NCBI GenBank assembly: GCA_044238145.1
Contig: JBIIDT010000001.1
Span: 15,172-79,171, forward strand
Direction of reading: 5' to 3'
Source: Pirellulales bacterium
Lineage (GTDB): Bacteria > Planctomycetota > Planctomycetia > Pirellulales > UBA1268
Length of the DNA stretch: 64,000 nt
Shown: in pieces, positions 17,831 to 28,918 of the stretch
How the letters are laid out: each line of letters starts with the position of its first letter
Numbering within the stretch: the first letter of the stretch is position 1
Notes under the pieces: generated by a model
Told to the model about the DNA's origin: nothing
What the model saw: only the letters and a program-made list of their open reading frames with translations
The model's database searches: none
Position numbers and translations under genes: made by a program

Positions 17831-18190
17831 TCAGTCGCCCTTCCGCGGCGGAGTCTCGTCGTCCGGCCCGGGCGGCCCGCGCCGCCGGGGCCGCGGCTCG
17901 TCGTGGCGACGGAAGACGGCGACCACGTCCTCGATCGGCACCACGTAGAGCAGGTTGTCCTGCTCGAAGTCGACGGGAATCGAGTTCTTGGGGTGGAACA
18001 GGACCTTGTCGTACTTCTCGATGGGAAAGTCGGCGTCGCGCTCGACCTGGATGCTGACCTCGACCACGCGTCCGGTGATCGTGGGGATCTCGGCCTGGTC
18101 GGGGAGCACGATGCCGCCGCGGGTCTTGTGCCGGCTCTCGTCCTTGCGGATCAGCACCCGCATGCCCAGCGGCTCGACGTACTCGTTCAC
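17831..18190 (-). CDS. GroES/Cpn10-family co-chaperonin-like protein with basic/Pro-rich C-terminal tail
   Basis: GTG start at 18190 preceded by GGGAG. Sequence VNEYVEPLGMRVLIRKDESRHKTRGGIVLPDQAEIPTITGRVVEVS..YDKVLF..YVVPIEDVVAVF matches the Cpn10 pattern. The tail is RRHDEPRPRRRGPPGPDDETPPRKGD. The stop lies 32 nt upstream of the GHKL start. Confidence 0.7.
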   Translation of the reverse strand: MNEYVEPLGMRVLIRKDESRHKTRGGIVLPDQAEIPTITGRVVEVSIQVERDADFPIEKYDKVLFHPKNSIPVDFEQDNLLYVVPIEDVVAVFRRHDEPRPRRRGPPGPDDETPPRKGD

Positions 18191-18243
18191 ATCCCTGCTC
18201 CCGGCCGCCGCCCGCGTGGCGGCGTGATGGCAGGATACCCGCT

Positions 18244-18951
18244 TCAGCAGGCCTGTTCCACGGCCGGCCGTGCATCGCCCGGAAGCGGCACCGCCGCATC
18301 GGCACGGGCAGCCCGGCACGACGCCGGTCCGGCGTAATCGAAAAAGGCGAAGTCCTTGTGGTAGAGCCGCTCTACCAACGCCCTGGCCTCTGTGGAGTAG
18401 ACGGCGTCCTTGATCGCCTCGTAGCGCGGTCCGAGTTTGTGCTCGAAGCTGTGCGGACTGTATCTCGTGTACTTCAGGTCCAAGCCGAACCTGTCGTTCA
18501 CAGTCTGGATGTCGGCTTCCAGGGTCTCGAGTTTCAGCACGGCGTCGATCTCGTCGGTCATGTACTGGGCGGCGGCATGGAACTCGCCGGAGGGCGAGTT
18601 CAGCCTCCCGTCGCGCAGCAGCAGCAGGAACTCGAGGAACCGTCCCGGGGCATCCCGGAGGTCGGGCATGTCGCGCTTCGCGCAGCTGGTCATGTAGTGC
18701 AGGAACGAGCTCACCGCTCGGGTGTACGGGTCGCGGACGACCTGCAGGCGGACGTAGGTGTGGAAATCCTCGGGGATCCGGCTGGGGTGGACTTTCTTCT
18801 GGTACACCCGTTCCCGGGCGTTGTGAATCCAGTGGTACTTCGAGTAGTCGAAGTCGCAGTACGCGAAAAAGATGGCAAGCGCCGTGGAGCACCCCGCCTT
18901 GGGGCTCCAGAACATGCACAATTTTTTCGTCGGTGAGACGAGGACTCGCAT
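18244..18951 (-). CDS. Sulfotransferase (carbohydrate sulfotransferase-like, Sulfotransfer_2-type)
   Basis: In-frame start MRVLVSP at 18951 within ORF 18244..19545. 5'-PSB-like motif WSPKAGCST, 3'-PB-like motif VVRDPYTRAVSSF, C-terminal LYHKDFAFFDY. The sequence is visibly more AT-rich than its flanks. Confidence 0.7.
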   Translation of the reverse strand: MRVLVSPTKKLCMFWSPKAGCSTALAIFFAYCDFDYSKYHWIHNARERVYQKKVHPSRIPEDFHTYVRLQVVRDPYTRAVSSFLHYMTSCAKRDMPDLRDAPGRFLEFLLLLRDGRLNSPSGEFHAAAQYMTDEIDAVLKLETLEADIQTVNDRFGLDLKYTRYSPHSFEHKLGPRYEAIKDAVYSTEARALVERLYHKDFAFFDYAGPASCRAARADAAVPLPGDARPAVEQAC

Positions 18952-19189
18952 CGCCTGCGCTCGCGAACGGGATGACGCATGTCCGAGCCGGACCTTGAGG
19001 CGCGGACGGTAGCCAAAGGGGGGGCGGCGATCAACGCTGCTTTGCGCGGCTCCAGGCCGGCGAAAACTGAACTTTGTGCCCGTTCGGCCGTGTGGCAAAC
19101 TGGGCTGCCTATCCCGGGATGGATCCTGGGTTTGCCGGGCTCCGGACGCCGGGGTCGTGGCTGGTCGCGGACACGGGCAAGGAGGCGCC

Positions 19190-21769
19190 GTGAACTTCGG
19201 TCGCTGGATCGCCGATTCGCTCGCGCGGGTGCCCGCGGTGGGTAGCGCCGTGCGGAGCGTGCAGTTCGCCCTGCGGGCCCGCCGCTGCCGGTCGCGGAAC
19301 CGTAGAGGCGGCGCCGCCCCGGTGGAGATCCCGGCCGGCTGGCTGCCGGCCGACCCCGAACTGCTGCACGTCGTCGTCGTTGGCCACGAGGCATCCCGCA
19401 GCGGCGCGCCCCAGGCGCTCCTGCGGCTCGTCAGGCATGCCCGGACGCAGCCCGGGTGTGCCGCGCGGGTCGTGCTCCTGACGGGCGGGCCGCTCGAGGC
19501 CGACTTCCGCGACGCGGCGCCGACAATCACCGTGCCGGTGGCCATCAGTGCCTACGACACCCTCGCCGCGAGCCTCGCCCGCACCGGGTGCCGCTGCGTC
19601 GTGGTCTGCAACACGATCGCGACGGCCGACATGGCGCTTGCCTGCCGGGCCCGGGGCATTCCCGTGGTCTCGTGGATCCACGAGAAGCCGACCGTGATCG
19701 ACGAGTACTTCGGCGGCCGGTCGACGGTCCGCGCGATGACCGATGCCTCTTCGGCGGTGGTCGTGCCCACGGAGGCGCAGCGGCGCGAACTCGTCGACCG
19801 GTACGGGATCGAGGCCGCGAAGGCGCACGCAGTCGCCTACGGGGTCGATCCGCCCCGGCCGGCCGAACTCAGCCGCCTGTCGCGGGACGAGGTGCGGCGC
19901 GAACTCGACATTCCCCTCGAGGCGAAGATCGTGCTCGGCGTGGGCCGGGCCGAGCTCCGCAAGGGAGCCGACATTTTCGTGCAGGTCGCGGCCCGGATCC
20001 TCCGCGATCGGCAGCGGCGCGGCACCGCCGCGGCCGACCTGCCGCACTTCGTCTGGGTCGGCAGCGAGGACGAGGCCTGCAGCCGCTGGACGCACCATGA
20101 CGTGCGACAGTTTCACTTCCACTTCGCCGACCACGTCCGGTTCATCGGCGAGCAGTCCGCCGTCCACCGCTACCTGGAGGCGGCCGACGTGTTCCTCATG
20201 CCATCCCGGGAGGATCCATGCCCGCTGGTGGCCTTCGAGGCCGCCGCCAACGGCCTCCCGGTCGTGCACTTCTCGGGGCCGATCGGGTCCGGCGAGGTGC
20301 TGCTCGCGGCGGAGGCCGCCGTGGTGCCGTACCTCGACGTCGACGCCATGGTGGACCGCGTCGAGGAGCTGCTCGATCGCAAGTCGTCCGAGCGCAGCAC
20401 CGAGCCGATCGACCGCAGGCTGCCCTGGTCGGGCTGCACCGGCCGGATGATCGACCTCGTGCTCGCGGCGGACGGGGCGGGCCGCCGCCGGGCGGCGGCC
20501 ACGGTCCGTCCCGGCGCCAGGGTGCTCGTGGTCTCGTACGGGCCGCCGCCGGTGCCGGGGGTCGCGGCGGTGGAGGGGGGTGGACTGCGTTGCTGGGGCC
20601 TCGCCCGTGGGATGACGACGGCCGGCCCGGGCCTCTCCGTCACGCTCGCCATCCCCGACTGGCACCAGGTCACGCTGCCGCCCGCCCACGAGGGGGTGCG
20701 GATCGTGCGCTGGAGCCGCGAGTCGATCGCGGCGCTCGTGGCCGACTACGAAGTCGTGGTCGCCAGCTACTGCCTGGGCGACGACAGCGCGCGGATCGCC
20801 GACGCGATGCGGCCGCACCAGAAGCTCGTCCTCGACGCCTACGTGCCGATCCACGTCGAGATGTGTGCCCGCCGGTCGGCGCACCCGGAACGCGAGCTCG
20901 TCGATTTCGAGCGGGAGCGACGCACCTGGGAGCAGGTGCTCTGCCGCGGCGACCTGTTCCTCTGCGCCAGCGAACAGCAGCGGCTCTACTACCTCGGCGT
21001 CCTCGGCGCGATCGGCCGCATCAATCCACTGACCTACGACGACGACCCCGTGCGGATCGTTCCCTACGGCGTGCACCCCGAGGAGCCCCGGGCCGCCAGC
21101 CACCCGTGCAGCGACCTCGTCGACCGGCAGGATGCCTGGAAGCTGCTGTGGTTCGGCGGCGTGTATCCATGGTTCGACATCGCCGGGCTGCTCGAGGCGG
21201 TGCGGCTGCTCGATCGCATCCACCCGACCCGGCTCGTCGTCGTCGGATCCCGCAATCCCTTCGTCCGCAACGACGACTTCGATCGCTGCCATGACCGGTT
21301 TTTGGAGCTGGTGCGGCAGCCCGAGGTGTCTCCGCTGGTGCACCTCGTCGACTGGGTGCAGTTCCACGACCGCGGGAACTGGTACCTCGATGCCGACATG
21401 ACGATCCTGGCCAACCAGCCCGGGATCGAGAACGCCGTCGCATGGCGGACCCGCGTGGTCGATTACCTGTGGGCCAGGGTGCCCGTGGCGACCAACGGAG
21501 GCGACCCGATCGGTGAGGAGTTGATCGCCGCCGGGGCCGCCGTGCGGATCGACGCCGCCGACCCGCACCGCACGGCGGCGACGATCGCGGCCGTCCTTCG
21601 CGACCCGCAGGCCCGGGCCGCGATGCGTGAGCGGAGCGGCGTGCTGCGGGAGAAGTATCTCTGGCCCCGGGCCGTCGCGCCGCTGGTCGAGGCGATCACC
21701 GCCACCCGATCGCCGGTCGCCGGTACCGTGAATGCCGGCCCGACCGAGTCGCTCGCCGCCGCCGGGTGA
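19190..21769 (+). CDS. Tandem (two-module) GT-B glycosyltransferase, GT4-like x2
   Basis: GTG at 19190 with AAGGAGG 5 nt upstream, in frame with ORF 19076..21769. Module 1: HVVVVGHEASRSGAP..VGR....KG...F..PSREDPCPLVAFEAAANGLPVV. Module 2: VLVVSYGPPP..LLWFGG..W.D....ILANQPGIENAVAWRTRVVDYLWARVPVATN. Confidence 0.7.
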   Translation: MNFGRWIADSLARVPAVGSAVRSVQFALRARRCRSRNRRGGAAPVEIPAGWLPADPELLHVVVVGHEASRSGAPQALLRLVRHARTQPGCAARVVLLTGGPLEADFRDAAPTITVPVAISAYDTLAASLARTGCRCVVVCNTIATADMALACRARGIPVVSWIHEKPTVIDEYFGGRSTVRAMTDASSAVVVPTEAQRRELVDRYGIEAAKAHAVAYGVDPPRPAELSRLSRDEVRRELDIPLEAKIVLGVGRAELRKGADIFVQVAARILRDRQRRGTAAADLPHFVWVGSEDEACSRWTHHDVRQFHFHFADHVRFIGEQSAVHRYLEAADVFLMPSREDPCPLVAFEAAANGLPVVHFSGPIGSGEVLLAAEAAVVPYLDVDAMVDRVEELLDRKSSERSTEPIDRRLPWSGCTGRMIDLVLAADGAGRRRAAATVRPGARVLVVSYGPPPVPGVAAVEGGGLRCWGLARGMTTAGPGLSVTLAIPDWHQVTLPPAHEGVRIVRWSRESIAALVADYEVVVASYCLGDDSARIADAMRPHQKLVLDAYVPIHVEMCARRSAHPERELVDFERERRTWEQVLCRGDLFLCASEQQRLYYLGVLGAIGRINPLTYDDDPVRIVPYGVHPEEPRAASHPCSDLVDRQDAWKLLWFGGVYPWFDIAGLLEAVRLLDRIHPTRLVVVGSRNPFVRNDDFDRCHDRFLELVRQPEVSPLVHLVDWVQFHDRGNWYLDADMTILANQPGIENAVAWRTRVVDYLWARVPVATNGGDPIGEELIAAGAAVRIDAADPHRTAATIAAVLRDPQARAAMRERSGVLREKYLWPRAVAPLVEAITATRSPVAGTVNAGPTESLAAAG

Positions 21770-21778
21770 GGTGCAGCC

Positions 21779-23065
21779 ATGACAACGCATGCATCACCGT
21801 TTCCGGGGCGGCCCCTGCTCGTCTGCGGCATGCACCGTTCGGGGACGTCGCTGACGGCGTCGCTGCTCCACGCCGCGGGTGTCCGGCTGGGCGATCGGCT
21901 GCTGGGTGCCGACCGCGGCAACGACCGGGGGCACTTCGAGGATCTCGAGATCTACGAGTTCCATCAGGCCGTCCTCAGGTCCAACGGCCTGGGGACGGAG
22001 GGGTTCGTCGCGGCGGGGAGCGTGGCGGTGCCGGACCCGCTCGAGCCGGTGGGGCGGCGGCTGGCGGCCGACCGGGCCCGGGCTGGCGGGGTATGGGGCT
22101 GGAAGGAGCCGCGCACGGTGCTGTTCCTCGACTACTGGGATGCCATCCTGAACGACGCCCGGTACGTGTTCGTCTTTCGCCGGCCGTGGGAGGTCGTCGA
22201 CTCGCTCTTCCGCCGGGGCGACGAGACCTTCGCCGGCAACCCGGCCTTCGCCGCGGCCGTCTGGCTGCACTACAACCGCACGATTCTGGAGTTTGTGCGG
22301 AAGCACGAGAGCCGGTGCCTGGTCCGGGAGGTGGATCAGGTGGCCGCCGATCCGCATGGACTGTGCGCGGCGGTGCGGGCGCACCTGGGAATCGGCCTCG
22401 GCGACCCGTCGGCCCGCTACGAGGAGCAGCTCCTGATCCGGGACGCATCGCCGCCGCACGCGGCCGCGATCCGGGCCTGCCTGCCGGAGGCACACGACGT
22501 GTACCTCGAACTGTGCGCCCGGGCGGGAACGAGTCCCGACGAGGGGCGTGGCCAGGCGGCGAGCGAACCCGCCGCCCTCGGCCGCGGGCTCCTGGGCGAA
22601 TGGCGTCAGACGAGGCGGGCGGAAGCCCGCGTGGCGGAACTGATCCCACAGGTGCTGGCGTCCCGCGCGGCCACGGCGACCGCCGAGGCCACGGCGACGG
22701 CGCTCCGCGGGCGGATCACCGACTTGGAGGCGGAGGTGAGCCGTCTCGAGGCCGTCGGCGCGGAATGGGAGCAACGGATCGCGGCCCTGGAAGCCGAGCG
22801 GATGGGGCACGTGCCGGCCGCCGTCGCCGTGCGGGAGCTGGACCGGGAAATCGCCGCGCTCCGCGGCGAACTCCACGAGCGGGAGGCGGTGCTGGCATGG
22901 ACGGCGGCGCGACTCGGGTCGCGGGAGGGCTCGGTGCTGCGGCGCGTAGGACGCGAGGTCCGGCGGGTCGGCCGCCAATTCAAGGCGGCGCTCCGCAGGC
23001 TGTGGCCGCGGAAAGCCGCTCCCGTGGAGCCCGCACAGTCCGACGACCGCCGTGACGCCGCCTGA
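21779..23065 (+). CDS. Sulfotransferase-family protein with C-terminal coiled-coil
   Basis: PAPS-binding-like motif LLVCGMHRSGTSL, then WGWKEPR..FVFRRPWEVVDSL. The C-terminal ~150 aa are heptad-like (RITDLEAEVSRLEAVGAEWEQRIAALEAER..REIAALRGELHERE). Begins 9 nt after the glycosyltransferase stop. Confidence 0.65.
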   Translation: MTTHASPFPGRPLLVCGMHRSGTSLTASLLHAAGVRLGDRLLGADRGNDRGHFEDLEIYEFHQAVLRSNGLGTEGFVAAGSVAVPDPLEPVGRRLAADRARAGGVWGWKEPRTVLFLDYWDAILNDARYVFVFRRPWEVVDSLFRRGDETFAGNPAFAAAVWLHYNRTILEFVRKHESRCLVREVDQVAADPHGLCAAVRAHLGIGLGDPSARYEEQLLIRDASPPHAAAIRACLPEAHDVYLELCARAGTSPDEGRGQAASEPAALGRGLLGEWRQTRRAEARVAELIPQVLASRAATATAEATATALRGRITDLEAEVSRLEAVGAEWEQRIAALEAERMGHVPAAVAVRELDREIAALRGELHEREAVLAWTAARLGSREGSVLRRVGREVRRVGRQFKAALRRLWPRKAAPVEPAQSDDRRDAA

Positions 23066-23089
23066 CCGCGCCGGGCGCCGCGGCCGGCG

Positions 23090-23095
<6 letters not shown>
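23060..23095. terminator. GC-rich hairpin spanning the convergent stops of the sulfotransferase and clpC (possible bidirectional terminator, no U-tract)
   Basis: GCCTGAC-N22-GTCAGGC arms at 23060-23066 and 23089-23095. Confidence 0.25.
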
Positions 23096-25630
<2,535 letters not shown>

Positions 25631-25819
25631 CGTCGCCAGTCCCTCGTCGGAAAGGCCCCGAAACCCGGGGCGGCCATGGATGGTCGGCGTGCCATTTCGG
25701 CAGCCCGGAAACCACCCGCTCTTCGAATGTGCAAACCGTACGCCAAATCGACCGGGAGATTCTAGGAGCGGGTCGCCAGAATGTCTGTGGCAGCCGGCTG
25801 CGAACGGCGAAAAGCTGGT

Positions 25820-26434
25820 TCAGGCGGCGGCGCCACGGCGGCCGGAGCGGGCCGGGCCGGGGGATTCGTGGCCGAGGGGGAGCAGGGTGGGGCCGTCGTC
25901 GCCGGCAGCCTCGGCGGCACCGGCGTCGAGGAGGGCGAGTTCCCGGGCGATCGCCGCGTGCCAGCGGCGGCCCGAGTCGCTGCGGGACAGTTGGGCGAGG
26001 GCCTCCCGGGACTCCGCGTGGCGGCCCACGCGGCGCAGGAGCGTGGCCCAGAGCAGCTGTGCCTCGCCGTCGGTCGGCGCCATGGCCAGGAGTTCGTGCA
26101 GGTGCGTCTGGGCGGCCACCCAGTCGCGGGCCAGGTAGGCGTCGCGGGCCCGCGCGAACAGGGCGTCGGCGGCCTCGGTCCTGGCCCGCGGCACCGGCCG
26201 CGGCAGCGCGGAAGCGGCCGACGCGGTGGAGACGAGCCAGATGGCGGAGATCGCGGTCCAGAGCGCGATCGTGAACCCCAGGCCCACGAGTTCCGGCCAG
26301 ATGAACGTCGTCAGCAGGCCGACGTCGATGGCGAGCGCGAACGCCAGTGCCAGCACCAGCCCGCTGCGGCTGCCGCGCAGCCAGAGCCATGGCAGGCCCG
26401 GCCAGACGAGCGTGAGGTAGCGGAAGACGGCCAT
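25820..26434 (-). CDS. Membrane protein with C-terminal TPR-like region
   Basis: Start MAVFRYL at 26434 within ORF 25820..26485. Three hydrophobic helices are followed by DALFARARDAYLARDWVAAQTHLHELLAMAPTDGEAQLLWATLLRRVGRHAESREAL. Confidence 0.5.
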   Translation of the reverse strand: MAVFRYLTLVWPGLPWLWLRGSRSGLVLALAFALAIDVGLLTTFIWPELVGLGFTIALWTAISAIWLVSTASAASALPRPVPRARTEAADALFARARDAYLARDWVAAQTHLHELLAMAPTDGEAQLLWATLLRRVGRHAESREALAQLSRSDSGRRWHAAIARELALLDAGAAEAAGDDGPTLLPLGHESPGPARSGRRGAAA

Positions 26435-26547
26435 CGGACATCCGGAGGGCGACGGGGGCGGGGAGTGTAGGGGGCGGGCCGCCACCGGCCAAGGCTGACG
26501 CCGGGGCCGAGCGGCCGGGCACGGGGCATGCTAAAAATGGCGAAGAC

Positions 26548-27636
26548 ATGGAAGACAGCCAAACAGCGAGCGGGATCGGCCCGGCCGACCGGGCGGGCAT
26601 CTGGCGGGCGATCGACGCCTCGGCCAACCGGGCCGCCGAGGCGCTGCGGGTGATCGAGGACGCGGTCCGCTTCGTGCTTGACGACGTCGGCCTGACGCGG
26701 CTCGCCAAGGATCTGCGGCACGATCTGGCAGCGGCGCTCTCCGTCGCGCCGCTGGCCCAGCGGGTCGCGGCTCGCGACGTGGCCGGCGACGTGGGGGCGG
26801 GATTGGAGTCCGACGCGGCCCTGGGTCGGACGTCGGCGGCCGACCTCGTCGCCGCCAACGCGGCCCGCGCCGCCCAGGCGCTGCGCAGCCTCGCCGAGTG
26901 CGTGGCGGTGGTGGCTCCCGCGGAGGCCGCGGCCTTCGAGCGGCTCCGTTACCGGCTCTACGACCTCGAGCGGCTGGCAGGCACCGCCACGCGGGCCCGC
27001 GAGCGGCTCGTGGGAGTGAACCTGTGCGTGCTCGTCGACGGCCGCGAGGATGCCGCGGCGTTCGAGCGGCTCGTCGCGTCGCTCGTCGAGGCGGGCGTGC
27101 GGATGCTGCAGATCCGCGACAAGCGGCTGGGCACGCCGGCCGTCGTCGACAGGGCGCGGCGTGCCGTGGCGATCGCCCGGCGGCGGCCGGCCGAGGACCC
27201 CGTGTTCGTGATCGTCAATGACCGGGTCGACGTGGCGGCGGCGGTCGGCGCGGCCGGCGCCCACGTGGGAGCCGACGACCTGCCGGTAACGCTGGCCCGC
27301 CGTGTGCTCGGGCCGGCGGCGCTCGTGGGCGCGACGGCCCACGACGTCGCCGAGGCCCGGGCCGCGGCCGACGCCGGCGCCGACTGCCTCGGCATCGGCC
27401 CCTGCTTCCCGTCTGCCACGAAGTCGTTCGGCCGGTTCGCGCCGCCCGAGTTCCTGCGGACGGTGGCGGCCGAGATCGCCCTCCCCGCCTACGCGATCGG
27501 CGGCGTGACGCTCGAGCGACTCGACGACCTCTGCCGTCTCGGCATCCGGCGGGTCGCCGTGGCCTCGGCCGTGACCGCCGCGGCCGACCCGGCGGACGCG
27601 GCGCGGGCGTTCATCGAGCGGCTGGCTGCTCCTTGA
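26548..27636 (+). CDS. thiE: Thiamine-phosphate synthase (ThiE) with ~150-aa N-terminal extension
   Basis: The C-terminal ~200 aa match ThiE: VNLCVLVDG..LVEAGVRMLQIRDK...VIVNDRVDVAAAVGA.GAHVG.DDLP..G.T.H....A......GADCLGIGP.F.S.TK..AIGGV. Confidence 0.7.
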   Translation: MEDSQTASGIGPADRAGIWRAIDASANRAAEALRVIEDAVRFVLDDVGLTRLAKDLRHDLAAALSVAPLAQRVAARDVAGDVGAGLESDAALGRTSAADLVAANAARAAQALRSLAECVAVVAPAEAAAFERLRYRLYDLERLAGTATRARERLVGVNLCVLVDGREDAAAFERLVASLVEAGVRMLQIRDKRLGTPAVVDRARRAVAIARRRPAEDPVFVIVNDRVDVAAAVGAAGAHVGADDLPVTLARRVLGPAALVGATAHDVAEARAAADAGADCLGIGPCFPSATKSFGRFAPPEFLRTVAAEIALPAYAIGGVTLERLDDLCRLGIRRVAVASAVTAAADPADAARAFIERLAAP

Positions 27637-28207
27637 GCAGCGCCACGATCGCCGCGGCGATCTCGGCCTCGTCGTGGGGCCGGTAGCCGACCCACACCCG
27701 GCGGACGGTGGCGTCGGGGCCCACGAGCACCGTCGTCGGAAAGGCGTCGAGACCGATCGTGGAGAAGACCATCTCGCGGCCGAGGGGATCCGCGAACGCC
27801 CAGGCCCGGAGGGCGAGCCCCTGTGCCGAGAGGAACTGCCTCGTCTCGGCTGCCACCTCGTCGAAGTCGTCCGGGCCCGGATTGCAGGAGACGGCGACCA
27901 GTTGGAACCTCGGCTCGTCCGCGAGCCGCTCGGCGAGCCGGACGAGCCCCGGCAGTTCGCGGCGGCAGGGCGGGCACCAGGTGCCCCAGAAGTTGAGCAG
28001 CGTCACCTTGCCGGCGAGCGCAGGCGGGGTGGCGTCCGGGTCGGCGACCGCCGCGATCGGGAGCGGGCCGAGGCCCCGGCCGACCGCGGGATGTGCCGGC
28101 GGGCTGCCGCAGCCGACCTGCAGGAGGAGGGCGAGCACCGCGGAGAGTCGGGCCGGAGTCGGGCCGGGTTTCGATATCATGTCGGTCACGTGGGCGACGA
28201 GGATCAC
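27611..28207 (-). CDS. TlpA-family thiol:disulfide oxidoreductase (thioredoxin-fold), exported
   Basis: WCPPC active site within LLNFWGTWCPPCRRELP. N-terminal hydrophobic segment ends ..LLLQVGCGS. Alternative start at 28180. The 3' end overlaps the thiE 3' end by 26 nt (convergent). Confidence 0.75.
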   Translation of the reverse strand: MILVAHVTDMISKPGPTPARLSAVLALLLQVGCGSPPAHPAVGRGLGPLPIAAVADPDATPPALAGKVTLLNFWGTWCPPCRRELPGLVRLAERLADEPRFQLVAVSCNPGPDDFDEVAAETRQFLSAQGLALRAWAFADPLGREMVFSTIGLDAFPTTVLVGPDATVRRVWVGYRPHDEAEIAAAIVALLKEQPAAR

Positions 28208-28267
28208 CGTGCCACGGATTCACGAGTCCGCAGCGACGCGGCCCCAGGGGGCCGTCGGAGCCATCCA

Positions 28268-28831
28268 GTGTACGAAGTCGAGTTGAAGTTCCAGGTGTCC
28301 GACTCGGCGCACCTGGAGCGGGAACTGGTCGCCCTAGGGGCCCACTTCCGGGAGGTAGTCGAGCAGGTCGACCGCTACTTCGCCCATCCGTGCCGCGACT
28401 TCGCCGCGACCGACGAGGCCCTGCGGCTGCGGCGGACGGGGAGCGACGTGGCGATCACCTGGAAGGGACCGCGGATCGACGCGACGACGAAGACCCGCCG
28501 GGAGATCGAACTCGCGCTGGCCGCGGCCGCCCCCGACGGCGGGCCGGCCGCGATCGACGGGTGGACCGGCCTGCTCGAGGCGCTGGGGTTCCGGCAGGTC
28601 CGCGAGGTGGCCAAGCGGCGGCGGGTGGCGATCGTCGCCTGGGAGGGGGCGGAGGTGGAAGCGGCCCTCGACACGGTCGCGGGCCTCGGTGGCTACCTGG
28701 AACTCGAGCTCCAGGCCCCCGTGGACGGGGTGCCGCTGGCTCGCGCACGGCTGGAATCGCTCGCCCGGCGGCTCGGCTGCGGCCCGGCCGAGCGGCGGAG
28801 CTACCTGGAGCTGCTCTTGGCCCGGAAATGA
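28268..28831 (+). CDS. CYTH-domain protein (class IV adenylate cyclase CyaB / triphosphatase family)
   Basis: GTG at 28268 within ORF 27674..28831. VYEVELKF (the EXEXK signature), then DEALRLRR...ITWKGP..TKTR.E.E..., YLELE. Confidence 0.65.
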   Translation: MYEVELKFQVSDSAHLERELVALGAHFREVVEQVDRYFAHPCRDFAATDEALRLRRTGSDVAITWKGPRIDATTKTRREIELALAAAAPDGGPAAIDGWTGLLEALGFRQVREVAKRRRVAIVAWEGAEVEAALDTVAGLGGYLELELQAPVDGVPLARARLESLARRLGCGPAERRSYLELLLARK

Positions 28832-28918
28832 TGCCGTTTCGACAGGGAGGGAACCTTTCCCGTCCCGAGCGCATCCTAGATTGCATCGCTCGCTGCGCGT
28901 TGCCCCGGAGCTCCCGTC

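Noticed and set aside
16023-18305. Full 760-aa version of the GHKL ORF; likewise 17831..18919 (362 aa) and 18244..19545 (433 aa)
   Set aside because: The N-terminal extensions are R/P-rich, overlap the neighbouring upstream gene, and lack homology signals. The internal starts give compact genes with RBS-like sequences.
19109-21790. 893-aa minus-strand ORF antisense to the double glycosyltransferase
   Set aside because: An Arg/Gly/His-rich artefact. The plus frame has GT4 motifs and an AAGGAGG-GTG start.
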